A stretch of 64,000 nt of DNA from a candidate division WWE3 bacterium (GTDB lineage Bacteria; Patescibacteriota; WWE3; 2-01-FULL-39-13). The translations under genes were made by a program, and so were the position numbers. Below are positions 9,698 to 19,643 of the stretch, piece after piece (the first letter of the stretch is position 1; every line of letters begins with the position of its first letter). Below the pieces are notes generated by a model, which was given only the letters and a program-made list of their open reading frames with translations, ran no database searches and was not told the origin of the DNA. The DNA lies in contig CALRDH010000001.1 of assembly GCA_943354835.1 (NCBI GenBank), forward strand, positions 255,298-319,297. The letters run 5' to 3'.

Positions 9698-10129
9698 TTA
9701 AACTCCAACTACCTCAAATCCATATTTTTCGCCTAGCTTTTTGAAGTGTTTGTCGAATGTTGCCACGGCGGATATTTTATTTATTTTGGCAATGATGGAA
9801 GTAGATAGATCCACATAGCTAATGTTTTTATCTTTGAGTTTGAGGAATTCCAGTTGGATTTTTTTATCAAGGAGTTTGTCTATCCATATCATTTCTATAT
9901 TACTCCCCAAGAACCCCTGAAGCAGTCGATTACTTTCTAGTTTCCCGAGTTTCTGTGAAGACACGGTAGCTATCTCTAAAAATATATAATTCGTAATGTA
10001 TTTCTTTTCAAATGTATCAACTTTGGCGATATAATTTCCTGCGGAATGGTAGTTCGAATCTTTCCATAATGTTGATGAAATTATATAGCTTGTATCGAAT
10101 AGTATGCTAGTAGGCTTATTATATTCCAT
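9698..10129 (-). CDS. PIN-domain toxin (VapC-like)
   Basis: ILFDTSYIIS N-terminal PIN motif. Overlaps upstream small antitoxin gene. Confidence 0.5.
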   Translation of the reverse strand: MEYNKPTSILFDTSYIISSTLWKDSNYHSAGNYIAKVDTFEKKYITNYIFLEIATVSSQKLGKLESNRLLQGFLGSNIEMIWIDKLLDKKIQLEFLKLKDKNISYVDLSTSIIAKINKISAVATFDKHFKKLGEKYGFEVVGV

Positions 10130-10439
10130 ATACTATTTTATCTATGTTCCCAGATATATTTTCTGTTTTTTCGATTGGGACTGGAGGATGTTTGTCTCTC
10201 CAATCTTTCAGAATGTCCATTATATTCTCGCCAATTTTTTTCTTGGGTTTTACTTCCGTGAATACATATTCTGGGAGATATTTATCAGCCGTGGCTTTAT
10301 CAATCATTACAACTTTTGGCTCATTTCTAACTTTGACGACATACATATAATCGCCACTTGCCGACTCTTTTACTACATCGCTGAAATTTGCCCTGATGTC
10401 TTTTAAATTAGAGAATTTGACTATCTTTTTATTTTCCAT
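10119..10439 (-). CDS. Phd/YefM-type antitoxin
   Basis: IRANFSDVVKESASGD…VVMIDKATADKY pattern typical of Phd/YefM. Confidence 0.5.
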   Translation of the reverse strand: MENKKIVKFSNLKDIRANFSDVVKESASGDYMYVVKVRNEPKVVMIDKATADKYLPEYVFTEVKPKKKIGENIMDILKDWRDKHPPVPIEKTENISGNIDKIVYGI

Positions 10440-10477
10440 GTGTACATCCTAGCATGCAGGTGTGCACCTTGTCGCCA

Positions 10478-11533
10478 TTAATTTTCGATCAATTCTGCTT
10501 TTTTGTCTCCGATTCTTCCTATACTGTCGAGGCCACCGATTCTGTTGTCTAATCTTTCATAATTCTTTGTGACTTCATCAGCGCTATTTTTTGCATTTGA
10601 TATGTGCTTTGTCATAACGCGTAGGGAATCAGAAAATTTAATTGAGTCTTCTTTTATGCTTCTTATTGCGGAAAGTATTTCTTTTGCCCTTGATTCGACT
10701 TTTTTGCCTTCAAGTCCGATTAATATTGCTTTTAAATATGAGTAAAAAACGTTAGGTGAAACTGGCAAAACCCTTTGACTCCATGAATATTTTCCGAGTT
10801 CAGGATTATTTACAACGACTTCATAGTAGATTGCTTCGCTTGGAATGTACATTAATGCAAAATCAACAGTTCCTTCAGAAGGCAATATATATTTTTTGGA
10901 AATATCACTTATGTGTTTTTTGACATCTCGGGTAAATGTTTTTCTAATTATTTCGCGGTCTTCTTGCTTTTCAGCTTGTGCCATTTGATTAAAATTTTCC
11001 ATTGGAAATTTAGAGTCTACAGAAATATATCCTTCTTCAACTTTTAGAAGTGCATCAACGCGATCTCCCGTAGAGAAGGTGTGTTGTAGTATGTAATTTT
11101 CAGATGGAATCATTTGCTCGAGTAAGTCTTTTAGAACTTCTTCGCCAATGTTTCCTCGAAGCTTAGGCGATCTTAAAAAATCTTGAAGGTCTTTCATGCC
11201 GCGGCCAATTTCACTCATTGAACCTAATTCTTTTTGAACATTTCCTATTACTTCGGCAGCCTTATCGAGTCGAAAATTCATACTTTTAGCAGACGCATCA
11301 ACTCGGTCATTAAGCGTGGAAGTTGTTTGGTGAAGCTGATCTTGAACATTTTTTAATCTCAAATCCATAGTGCCTTGCATGTTTTCAAGCCATTTGGTTA
11401 GAATCTCATCCTTTCTATCGTTTTGGTTTCCTTCCTGAAGCTTTTTGAACTGTTCTTTCATAAAATAAAAAATCGCTCCAAAAAGGGCAATGCTTACAAA
11501 TATTGAAAAGACGAATAAAATTGAAGTATCCAT
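10478..11533 (-). CDS. rmuC: DNA recombination protein RmuC
   Basis: N-terminal TM, long coiled coil, C-terminal RmuC nuclease-like motif DFALMYIPSEAIYYEV. Confidence 0.7.
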   Translation of the reverse strand: MDTSILFVFSIFVSIALFGAIFYFMKEQFKKLQEGNQNDRKDEILTKWLENMQGTMDLRLKNVQDQLHQTTSTLNDRVDASAKSMNFRLDKAAEVIGNVQKELGSMSEIGRGMKDLQDFLRSPKLRGNIGEEVLKDLLEQMIPSENYILQHTFSTGDRVDALLKVEEGYISVDSKFPMENFNQMAQAEKQEDREIIRKTFTRDVKKHISDISKKYILPSEGTVDFALMYIPSEAIYYEVVVNNPELGKYSWSQRVLPVSPNVFYSYLKAILIGLEGKKVESRAKEILSAIRSIKEDSIKFSDSLRVMTKHISNAKNSADEVTKNYERLDNRIGGLDSIGRIGDKKAELIEN

Positions 11534-11587
11534 ATAAAAACGATTCTAGCACGAGGACTTGACGAGATAATAGGTTAGAATGTTTTT

Positions 11588-11878
11588 ATGAAATCGTATT
11601 TTTTGCTTACTGTCTTTGTTCTTATGCTTCTGGCTTTGGGCGGAGCTTCTTACATCGTGTTTATGATTCCTCCGGCCGGATATTTAATATATCTATTACT
11701 TTTTTTATTTTGGGCTTTTATAAGTTTATTTCTATCCATCATCTTTTATAAATTTAGTTCTTCACTTGGTCACGAAAGTGATAGGGAAAGATATAGAAGG
11801 CAGTTTAAAAAGGCTGTTTTTGTGGGGTTAATAATTATTTTGATTCTAATTCTCCAGCGTCATTTTGATATCATTTAG
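11588..11878 (+). CDS. Small membrane protein, hypothetical
   Basis: Two to three predicted TM helices. No recognisable family. Confidence 0.4.
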   Translation: MKSYFLLTVFVLMLLALGGASYIVFMIPPAGYLIYLLLFLFWAFISLFLSIIFYKFSSSLGHESDRERYRRQFKKAVFVGLIIILILILQRHFDII

Positions 11879-11881
11879 CAT

Positions 11882-12550
11882 ATGTTTCATAAAGTTATAA
11901 ATACAATCAAGTCACATATCTCAAAAGATTTGATGTTTTTCATTTTGATAAGCATTGTTATGATGCTTGGATATCTTTGGTTTATAAATTCATCATATGC
12001 GACTTCACTTAATGAATATGCCGATGATAATTTTGTGTTGTTTTGTTCTGTTTTAATTTTTATTAAATTTTTTGGAATTGTTTATCCGCCAATTTCTGGA
12101 GGATATTTTACGCTTGCCGCAATTCCTATTATTGGTTGGGAATATGCTTTGATCTGTGATTTAACAGGTTCGATATTAGGAGGTTCAGTAGATTATTATA
12201 TCGGCAGAAAATATGGCATTAAAATTGTTAAAAAGTTTTTTGGCGAGAAAATTGCAGATAAAATCGGGCTTATCAAAATTAAAAACGGGAAAGAAATTGA
12301 AGGCTTGATAGTTTCAAGAATTTTAGCTGGGGCAACAGTTGTTGAAGCAATTCACTACGCAGCCGGACTTTTTAAAATAGATTTTGCTAAATATACAATT
12401 GCTATGTTGGTTTCACATTTGATTATTGGTCTTCCTGTTTATTGGATTTTTGGAGGAGTTCTAGGAACAACTTTAACTTTATTTATGGTTCCAGTTTTAA
12501 TATTGGCACTAATTATCCTTTATAAGATGCGTGGAAGATATCTTGAATGA
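11882..12550 (+). CDS. DedA/TVP38-family membrane protein
   Basis: DedA-type motif G…VDYYIGRKYG inside a multi-TM protein. Confidence 0.55.
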   Translation: MFHKVINTIKSHISKDLMFFILISIVMMLGYLWFINSSYATSLNEYADDNFVLFCSVLIFIKFFGIVYPPISGGYFTLAAIPIIGWEYALICDLTGSILGGSVDYYIGRKYGIKIVKKFFGEKIADKIGLIKIKNGKEIEGLIVSRILAGATVVEAIHYAAGLFKIDFAKYTIAMLVSHLIIGLPVYWIFGGVLGTTLTLFMVPVLILALIILYKMRGRYLE

Positions 12551-12562
12551 TATACTTTTGCC

Positions 12563-13942
12563 ATGTCTGACCGTTTTTACATTACAACTCCAATTTATTA
12601 TGCGAATGATGTTCCACATATTGGACACACAGGAACAACGATTTTTGCAGATATTATTGCAAGATATCAAAGATCGCTAGGTAAGGACGTCTTTTTTCTA
12701 ACAGGAACCGATGAGCATGGTGAAAAGGTTGCAAAAGCAGCGGAGAGTGCAGGAAAGAATCCACAGGAATTTGTCGATGAACTTGCATTAAAGTGGCAAG
12801 AATACTGGAAAAAATTAAATATAAGTAATGACCAATTTATGCGAACGACGCTGCCTGGGCATGAAAAGGTTGCTCAAGAATTACTCGTTTTGCTTCAAGC
12901 AAAAGGCGACATCTACAAAGGTGTCTATAAAGGCATTTATTGTTGGGGATGTGAGGAATTCAAATCAGAAAAAGATTTAGTCGATGGAAAATGTCCAGAG
13001 CACAGGCCTGATCAAGTTGAATATCGTGAAGAAGACAATTACTTTTTTAAACTTTCAAAATATATTCCGCGTGTTAAGGATCTAATTGAAAGCGGTGAAC
13101 TTTCTGTTGAACCAGAAAATAAGAAGGCCGAAATGTTGGCAAGAATAGAAGGTGGCGTTAATGATTTGTCGGCTTCTCGTCAAAATGTTACGTGGGGAGT
13201 TCCGATTCCTTGGGATACATCGCATACAACATATGTTTGGATTGAAGCTTTAATGAACTATTATTCTGCAACAAAAATTTGGAATAAAGAAGGATTTTGG
13301 CCAGCGGATGTGCATTTTCTTGGAAAGGGTAATAACTGGTTTCATTCCGTGATTTGGCCAGCACTTTTATTGGCTTTGGATTTGCCTTTGCCAAAAAGGG
13401 TTTTTGTTCATGGATATTATAATGTTGAAGGTCGAAAAATGGGTAAATCTTTGGGAAACGTTATATCTCCTGGGGAATTAATGGATAGGTATGGGGTAGA
13501 TGGTACAAGATATTTGCTTGCTGCAAGCATGCCATATGCTGATGACAGCGATGTAAGTATGAAATGGTTTGATGAAAAATTCAATTCTGATTTAGCAAAT
13601 GGCTTGGGGAACTTGGTTTCAAGAGTGGCGAAGTTCGTAAATGGGGGTAGCCCCTCAAAAGAAAGGGTAGCCCTTATTAATACATACTATGACAATTTTA
13701 AGCTAAACGAGGTTATTTCTGAATCCCAGAAGCTTGTTAAGTTCGTTAATGACTATTTTAGTAGTGAAGCACCTTGGAAGCTTGAAGGCGATGCTAGGAA
13801 AGTTGTTATAGACGCAGCGGTTGAGAAAATAATTGAAATCGCAAATCTTTTAGAACCGGTTATGCCGGAGTCTTCATCAGAAATTAGAAAAATATTAAGT
13901 GGAGAAGTCCCATCAAAAAATCTTTTTATGAGAATTGTTTAG
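12563..13942 (+). CDS. metG: Methionyl-tRNA synthetase, short form
   Basis: PIYYANDVPHIGH (HIGH), KMGKSLGN (KMSKS), CWGCEE…CPEH zinc knuckle. Carries an in-frame G/C-rich insert at 13643-13677. Confidence 0.9.
   Translation: MSDRFYITTPIYYANDVPHIGHTGTTIFADIIARYQRSLGKDVFFLTGTDEHGEKVAKAAESAGKNPQEFVDELALKWQEYWKKLNISNDQFMRTTLPGHEKVAQELLVLLQAKGDIYKGVYKGIYCWGCEEFKSEKDLVDGKCPEHRPDQVEYREEDNYFFKLSKYIPRVKDLIESGELSVEPENKKAEMLARIEGGVNDLSASRQNVTWGVPIPWDTSHTTYVWIEALMNYYSATKIWNKEGFWPADVHFLGKGNNWFHSVIWPALLLALDLPLPKRVFVHGYYNVEGRKMGKSLGNVISPGELMDRYGVDGTRYLLAASMPYADDSDVSMKWFDEKFNSDLANGLGNLVSRVAKFVNGGSPSKERVALINTYYDNFKLNEVISESQKLVKFVNDYFSSEAPWKLEGDARKVVIDAAVEKIIEIANLLEPVMPESSSEIRKILSGEVPSKNLFMRIV
13643..13677. 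repeat. 35-nt G/C-rich element GGGGTAGCCCC-N9-AGGGTAGCCCTTAT inserted in-frame in metG; near-identical copy inside the gene at 187-2268
   Basis: Direct sequence comparison with 1045-1077. The two copies are read in different frames in the two host genes. Confidence 0.6.
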
Positions 13943-13956
13943 CTTTCCTTTGAATT

Positions 13957-14286
13957 TTATCTGTATTCTTCGACTTTTTCGTCAACGTGTGTAGGAAGGT
14001 CTTTTTCTGCTAATTGATCTGATCTTACTTGAAGTAATTCAGTTAAAGTTTGTATCGCCTCTGTGACTTTTTCCTGGTCAACAAAAATTGCATCACTACT
14101 TTCAGCTTCGGCTTCTAGCTCATCTTGTACTTGCTCAATAAGTTTTCCAAGTTTATTTAGGTAGTCATCACGTGCGGATTCTTCATCGTCGCTTATATGA
14201 ACTGTTGAATCTGAATCGTCATCGTCGAAATCGGTTTGTGATGACACGACTAAGTCATCATTATATGAGGTATCTTTTTTAGGCAT
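13957..14286 (-). CDS. Highly acidic hypothetical protein
   Basis: ORF with D/E-rich N-terminus. No known motif. Confidence 0.4.
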   Translation of the reverse strand: MPKKDTSYNDDLVVSSQTDFDDDDSDSTVHISDDEESARDDYLNKLGKLIEQVQDELEAEAESSDAIFVDQEKVTEAIQTLTELLQVRSDQLAEKDLPTHVDEKVEEYR

Positions 14287-14362
14287 TGCATTGATGTTAT
14301 CAAGATTAAAACTGGTCGTCTAGACCTTAAAAGTGCCCAAATTATTGTGCTAAAATCAATCT

Positions 14363-15457
14363 ATGAATCAAGCTGTCCTGTCCATCGGAGATACTCCTGA
14401 TATTTCTAAAGCTTTAAACGAAACTGCTGTTTTGAAATCGAAAATCGAAAGCACATTTGTTCCAGACGAATTAAAAACTACATGTTTTGCTATGATTTCT
14501 AGGTTAGACAAAATGACTGAATCAGGAGTTTATTCTCGTGAGTACGATATTATAAGTAATTATATTAACTGGATCATTTCATTTCCATGGAAAAACACAG
14601 CTGAAGAGGTTTTTGATATAAATCGAGTACGAACGATATTGAATAAAAATCATTATGGTCTTGATGTTGTTAAAGACAGAATCGCTCAATATTTGGCAGT
14701 AAGGCAACTTCTTTTTGAAAAGAAAGATTTTGTTGCTTTAGAAAGATCTCCTGTTATTTGTATGGTCGGTCTTCAAGGTATAGGAAAAACGACAATGGCA
14801 AAAAGCATTGCTGAAGCTTTAAATCGTCCATTTTATAGAGTTTCCATGGGTGCAATTGGTTCTGTTTTAGAAATTAGAGGAAGAGATAAAGCCGTTGAAG
14901 GAGCAGAGCCAGGTCAAATTATAAAGGCAATTATTAGAACCGGAGTCAGAAATCCAGTTATTTTATTAGATGAGCTTGATAAAGCAAGCGGTCAAAGTGG
15001 ACTCCTTGCCGACATTATGGCAACGATGCTTGAAGTTTTGGATCCTGAACAAAACACTTCGTTTAGGGATCATTATTTTGATTATCCAATTAACCTGTCG
15101 CAAGTTATGTTTATTGTATCTGCAAACAAAATTGGTACGTTTAGTGCAGCACTTTTAGACCGTTTAGAAGTTGTAAGAATGCCTTCATATACAGACGACG
15201 AAAAACAAGTTATAGCTAGAGATTATTTATTGCCAAGAGTTAGAGCAACAACAGGTCTTGATGAAAGCCAATTAGAATTTTCCTCTGATGTGTGGGCTTC
15301 TATATTAAGACCTTTAGGATTTGATAGTGGAATTAGATCTTTGCAAAGAACACTTGAAAACATGGCTAGAAAAGCAGCCCTTGAAATAGTCGAAAAGAAA
15401 GCTATAAAAGTAATTATTGATGCCTCTAATTTCCAGTCATATTTGCCGAAGTACTAA
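14363..15457 (+). CDS. Lon-derived AAA+ ATPase module with no LAN domain and no S16 protease domain
   Basis: Colinear with Lon residues ~230-590: pre-AAA helix (…NYINWIISFPW…HYGLDVVKDRIAQYLAV), Walker A GLQGIGKTT, Walker B ILLDELDK, sensor/lid (…GIRSLQRTLE…). Stops right after the lid and is translationally coupled to pcrA. Confidence 0.65.
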   Translation: MNQAVLSIGDTPDISKALNETAVLKSKIESTFVPDELKTTCFAMISRLDKMTESGVYSREYDIISNYINWIISFPWKNTAEEVFDINRVRTILNKNHYGLDVVKDRIAQYLAVRQLLFEKKDFVALERSPVICMVGLQGIGKTTMAKSIAEALNRPFYRVSMGAIGSVLEIRGRDKAVEGAEPGQIIKAIIRTGVRNPVILLDELDKASGQSGLLADIMATMLEVLDPEQNTSFRDHYFDYPINLSQVMFIVSANKIGTFSAALLDRLEVVRMPSYTDDEKQVIARDYLLPRVRATTGLDESQLEFSSDVWASILRPLGFDSGIRSLQRTLENMARKAALEIVEKKAIKVIIDASNFQSYLPKY

Positions 15458-17340
15458 TGGATTTATTAAAGGAGTTAAACCAGGAACAAAAAGATGTTGT
15501 GTTGCATGATGGGGGGCCGGCTATGATAATAGCCGGCCCAGGTAGCGGTAAAACAAGAGCTTTAACTCATAAGATTGCTTATTTGATTCAAGATAAAGGT
15601 TTAAGTCCAGATCAAATTTTGGCTGTCACTTTTACGAATAAAGCCGCAAAAGAAATGAAACAAAGAGTAGAAAGTTTGCTCAAAGACACAGGTCTTAGTG
15701 CTCCTTCATGGATTGGAACTTTTCATGCAATTTGTGTCCGAATATTGCGTATCGAAGGCACTTCCTTAGATTTAGCTCCTGATTTTGTTATTTATGATAC
15801 AGATGATTCATTAAAAATTATAAAAGAAGTCATGGATGAAATAGGCGATTCTATGAGCGATTTAGCTCCAAAAGCAGTTTTGTCCTCAATTTCTAGAGCA
15901 AAAAATGAACTTATCGATCCAAAGGAGTATACAAAGCAATCAGGGGGAAATTATTTTTTTGATCGCGTAAGCAAGATTTATCCCAAGTATCAAGACCGGT
16001 TAAAAGATAACCATGCTTTGGACTTTGATGACATATTATTCGCGGTAGTAAAGCTTTTTCATGGTAACCCAAATGTACTCGAAAAGTATCAAAAAAAGTT
16101 TTTGCAGGTCCTCGTTGATGAGTATCAGGACACTAATCGAGTACAGTATAGCCTAGTAAAAATGATTGCAAAGACGCATAGGAACATAACTGTCGTCGGC
16201 GATGTTTCTCAATCCATCTATTCATGGAGAGGGGCTGACTATAGAAACATGCTTCAGTTCGAAAAAGATTATCCTGGGGCAAAGGTTTATAAACTTGAAA
16301 AAAATTATAGATCGACGAAAAACATTCTTCTTGCGGCAAAAACTCTAATTGAGAATAATTCAACGCATATTTCTATTGATCTTTATACTGATAATCCAAC
16401 TGGCGAGAAGGTCTATTTGTATGAAGCAGAGCATGAAAAGTCTGAAGCAGGTTATGTAGCGGATACAATTGCAATGAGTTTTGCTTCAAGTACTAGCCAT
16501 AGTCCTGAATATTTATCGAAGTCGTCATACAGTGACTGTGCTGTTTTATATAGAACAAATGCTCAATCAAGAGCTATCGAGGAATCATTTATTTCAGCTG
16601 GAATTCCGTACAGAATAGTTGGCGGTGTTAGATTCTATGATAGAAGAGAAATTAAGGATGCATTGGCTTATTTAAGAGTTTTTCAAAATCCAAGAGATAC
16701 GGTTTCTTGGGATAGGTGCGTGAATACTCCAGCAAGAGGAATCGGCAAAAAGGGAATGGAAAGGATCAAGGAGTCTAGTTATGATGTTTCTTTAATAGAG
16801 GAATTAACTCACCTAGATTGGAATAAGTATATAAATGTAGCTTCAGAAAATGCTCCAATTGTTCTTATAGATGCAGTTTTAAAATATTTTAATTATCTAG
16901 AATATCTAAATGATGGCACTGAAGAAAGTCTTTCTCGTATAGAAAATATAAAAGAGCTTCGTACAGTTGCCGGCCAATTTTCTAGTCTTTCTGAATTTTT
17001 AGAAAGCGTTGCTTTGGTCGAGTCTTCGAACAGGGCATTGGATGCTGTTTCAGATGCAGTTACTTTAATGACTCTTCATTCAGCAAAAGGTCTCGAATTT
17101 GATAATGTCTTTATAGTAGGAATGGAAGAAGGCATTTTTCCTCATTCAAGGGCTATGACTGATCCAAAAGAGTTAGAAGAGGAACGCAGACTTTGTTATG
17201 TTGGCATAACAAGAGCAAAGAAAACCCTTTATTTAACGTATACAAGAAGACGAACTTTATATGGTCAATCAGGCACTTCAATTGTCTCAAGATTTATAGC
17301 AGAATTGCCTGAACATGTATTGAAATTCAGTTTTAGTTGA
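15457..17340 (+). CDS. pcrA: UvrD/PcrA/Rep-family ATP-dependent DNA helicase
   Basis: Motif I AGPGSGKT, Ia TFTNKAA, II VLVDEYQDTN, III QSIYSWRGA, IV YRST, V/VI LHSAKGLEF…VGITRAK. Confidence 0.85.
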   Translation: MDLLKELNQEQKDVVLHDGGPAMIIAGPGSGKTRALTHKIAYLIQDKGLSPDQILAVTFTNKAAKEMKQRVESLLKDTGLSAPSWIGTFHAICVRILRIEGTSLDLAPDFVIYDTDDSLKIIKEVMDEIGDSMSDLAPKAVLSSISRAKNELIDPKEYTKQSGGNYFFDRVSKIYPKYQDRLKDNHALDFDDILFAVVKLFHGNPNVLEKYQKKFLQVLVDEYQDTNRVQYSLVKMIAKTHRNITVVGDVSQSIYSWRGADYRNMLQFEKDYPGAKVYKLEKNYRSTKNILLAAKTLIENNSTHISIDLYTDNPTGEKVYLYEAEHEKSEAGYVADTIAMSFASSTSHSPEYLSKSSYSDCAVLYRTNAQSRAIEESFISAGIPYRIVGGVRFYDRREIKDALAYLRVFQNPRDTVSWDRCVNTPARGIGKKGMERIKESSYDVSLIEELTHLDWNKYINVASENAPIVLIDAVLKYFNYLEYLNDGTEESLSRIENIKELRTVAGQFSSLSEFLESVALVESSNRALDAVSDAVTLMTLHSAKGLEFDNVFIVGMEEGIFPHSRAMTDPKELEEERRLCYVGITRAKKTLYLTYTRRRTLYGQSGTSIVSRFIAELPEHVLKFSFS

Positions 17341-17366
17341 GCTAGTCTTGGTGCTATACTCGAATT

Positions 17367-19643
17367 ATGGCAAAACGTGGTCGCAAGCCCAGGAGGCGCA
17401 TAGTTTGGGAATCCCATAAAACAACATTAATATCGGCTGTTTCTTTAGTCTTTATTTTGTTGTCTGTTTTATCTGTGATTTCTATTTTTGCTGGAGTGGG
17501 TGATTCAGCAGGTTTTCTTATTTCAAAACTTAGGTATTTTGTTGTCGATGGATTTGGATTCGCATCATTTATGGTTCCAGTTGTTCTTTTATATGTAGGT
17601 TTGCTTTTTATTGGAAGTATTAATTGGAAATTTTTGAACTCTAGAATTTTAATTGGTATAGGATTTTTCTTTTTAGGATTTTTAGGAATGTTTGGAGAAA
17701 ATGGGGGAGGATTTGTAGGCGGTTTTGTTACAAACAAAACCGCCCTTTTGCTGTCCTATGCTGGTGCTGTTTTCTTTTATTTCATATTGTCCGTGTTTGC
17801 TGTGATTTTAATATCAAACACAGGTCTTAATGTTTTTATTGAAAAGATAAAACCGTTTTTTGCTTTGATCTCAAATAAAGTTTTTAAGATTAATAGCGCT
17901 TCGGATTCTTCGGAACCCACAGATGTTCTCGAAACTTCTAGCGGTTTGATAAGTGATACTTTTGAATCTCCTATTATTGATTATTCAGCGCAAGATTTAA
18001 ATATCACCACAGAAGAAGATTTGTCTGCTTTGCATGATAGCGATTTTCAGTTGATATCTCCGCCTTCTGGACCCGTTGATGATTTAGAAGGTTCGTCTAC
18101 TGTTGAAAAGCCTGTGGTTTTGGTTCCTGATGTTTCGTACGAAGATCTTCCTGAAGCAGAAAAAAAGACTTCAAGATTGCCATTTTCTAATAAATTGTGG
18201 GAATATCCTCCGCATAGCCTTTTGTCTGATACTCCAAATCGTCCACCTGATGCAGGTGATATAGAAGGAAGAGCAAGAATGATAGAAGAAACTTTAAGGG
18301 CTTTTGGAATTAATGCTACAACAGTTGATAAGCATGTGGGTCCTGCGGTTACACGTTATGCTTTAAACCTTCCAATTGGAGTAAAGGCAAGTAAGGTTCA
18401 AGGTTTAAGTACGGACCTTGCATTAAGGCTTAAGTCACCAAGTGGTTCTGTTCGTATAGAGGCCCCAATTCCCGGAACAAATTTAGTTGGTATTGAGGTT
18501 CCAAATTTTACGCCTTCTTCTGTTTCATTAAAAAGTGTTTTAGAAAGTGATGAGCTTAAAAAATCAAAAGGTAAGTTATGTATTGCAATAGGGCACGATG
18601 TTTCTGGTAAATCGGTTGTTTCTGATATGTCAAAATGGCCGCATGCTTTAATTGCTGGAGCGACTGGTACAGGTAAATCAGTCTTTTTGAATGAGATTAT
18701 TGCAACTCTTCTTTTTAGATGTTCTCCATCTGAATGTAGGTTTATTATGATTGACCCAAAGCTTGTCGAGTTAAGTCAATATAATGGTATTCCACATTTA
18801 TTAACGCCAGTTGTTACGGATATGGAGCAAAAAGCAGTTTCAGCACTTGCTTGGGCAGTTTCTGAAATGGAAAGAAGGTATCAGTTGTTTGCAAATGCAG
18901 GAGTCAGGAATATTGCTGATTTTAATACTAAGTCTGGTTTTCAAGCAGAGCCGTATATTGTTATTGTTATCGACGAGATTGCCGATATGATGATGGTTGC
19001 TGCAAGTGAAGTCGAAAAGTATATTATTAGACTTGCTCAAAAATCTAGGGCCACAGGGATTCATTTGATTTTGGCTACACAAAGACCTTCTGTAAATATT
19101 TTGACAGGAACTATTAAGGCTAATGTTCCAACACGTTTTGCTTTTAAGGTTACTTCAAATGTTGATTCTAGAGTTATTATTGATCAAGCAGGCGCTGAAA
19201 CACTTATTGGTCGTGGAGATATGCTTTTTGTACCTCCTGATGATAATAAACCAAAGAGGCTTCAAGGTGCTTATGTTAGCGATGATGAGATTACACGTCT
19301 TGTTGATTATTTAAGAAATACAGGCATTGAGCCAGATTATAAAGACGAGATTTTAAAGCATAAGGTCGAGGTTAAGTCTTCTTCTGGAAGGCCTTCTGGT
19401 GATATTGACCCTAAGATTGTTGAGGCTTTGGAGATAATTTTGTCTGAAGGAAAGGCTTCTGCTTCGTATTTACAAAGGAAGCTTGGACTTGGTTATTCAA
19501 GGGCCGCAAGAATTATTGACGAGCTTCAAGATACTGGTATCATAGGGCAGGCAAATGGAAGCAAGCCAAGAGAAGTTTTGGTTTCCGGTCTTGACGAAGC
19601 TATTTCGCGTTTAAGTAGTGAAGATAAAGATAAAAACGAATAA
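17367..19643 (+). CDS. ftsK: DNA translocase FtsK
   Basis: N-terminal TM domain, linker, FtsK motor (GATGTGKSV; ILATQRPS…VPTRFAFKV), C-terminal gamma winged helix (ASYLQRKLGLGYSRAARIID). Confidence 0.9.
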   Translation: MAKRGRKPRRRIVWESHKTTLISAVSLVFILLSVLSVISIFAGVGDSAGFLISKLRYFVVDGFGFASFMVPVVLLYVGLLFIGSINWKFLNSRILIGIGFFFLGFLGMFGENGGGFVGGFVTNKTALLLSYAGAVFFYFILSVFAVILISNTGLNVFIEKIKPFFALISNKVFKINSASDSSEPTDVLETSSGLISDTFESPIIDYSAQDLNITTEEDLSALHDSDFQLISPPSGPVDDLEGSSTVEKPVVLVPDVSYEDLPEAEKKTSRLPFSNKLWEYPPHSLLSDTPNRPPDAGDIEGRARMIEETLRAFGINATTVDKHVGPAVTRYALNLPIGVKASKVQGLSTDLALRLKSPSGSVRIEAPIPGTNLVGIEVPNFTPSSVSLKSVLESDELKKSKGKLCIAIGHDVSGKSVVSDMSKWPHALIAGATGTGKSVFLNEIIATLLFRCSPSECRFIMIDPKLVELSQYNGIPHLLTPVVTDMEQKAVSALAWAVSEMERRYQLFANAGVRNIADFNTKSGFQAEPYIVIVIDEIADMMMVAASEVEKYIIRLAQKSRATGIHLILATQRPSVNILTGTIKANVPTRFAFKVTSNVDSRVIIDQAGAETLIGRGDMLFVPPDDNKPKRLQGAYVSDDEITRLVDYLRNTGIEPDYKDEILKHKVEVKSSSGRPSGDIDPKIVEALEIILSEGKASASYLQRKLGLGYSRAARIIDELQDTGIIGQANGSKPREVLVSGLDEAISRLSSEDKDKNE

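Noticed and set aside
17354-17737. 127-aa ORF antisense to the ftsK 5' region
   Set aside because: It is antisense to the FtsK membrane domain; the proline/lysine-rich translation is typical of reverse-frame artefacts.
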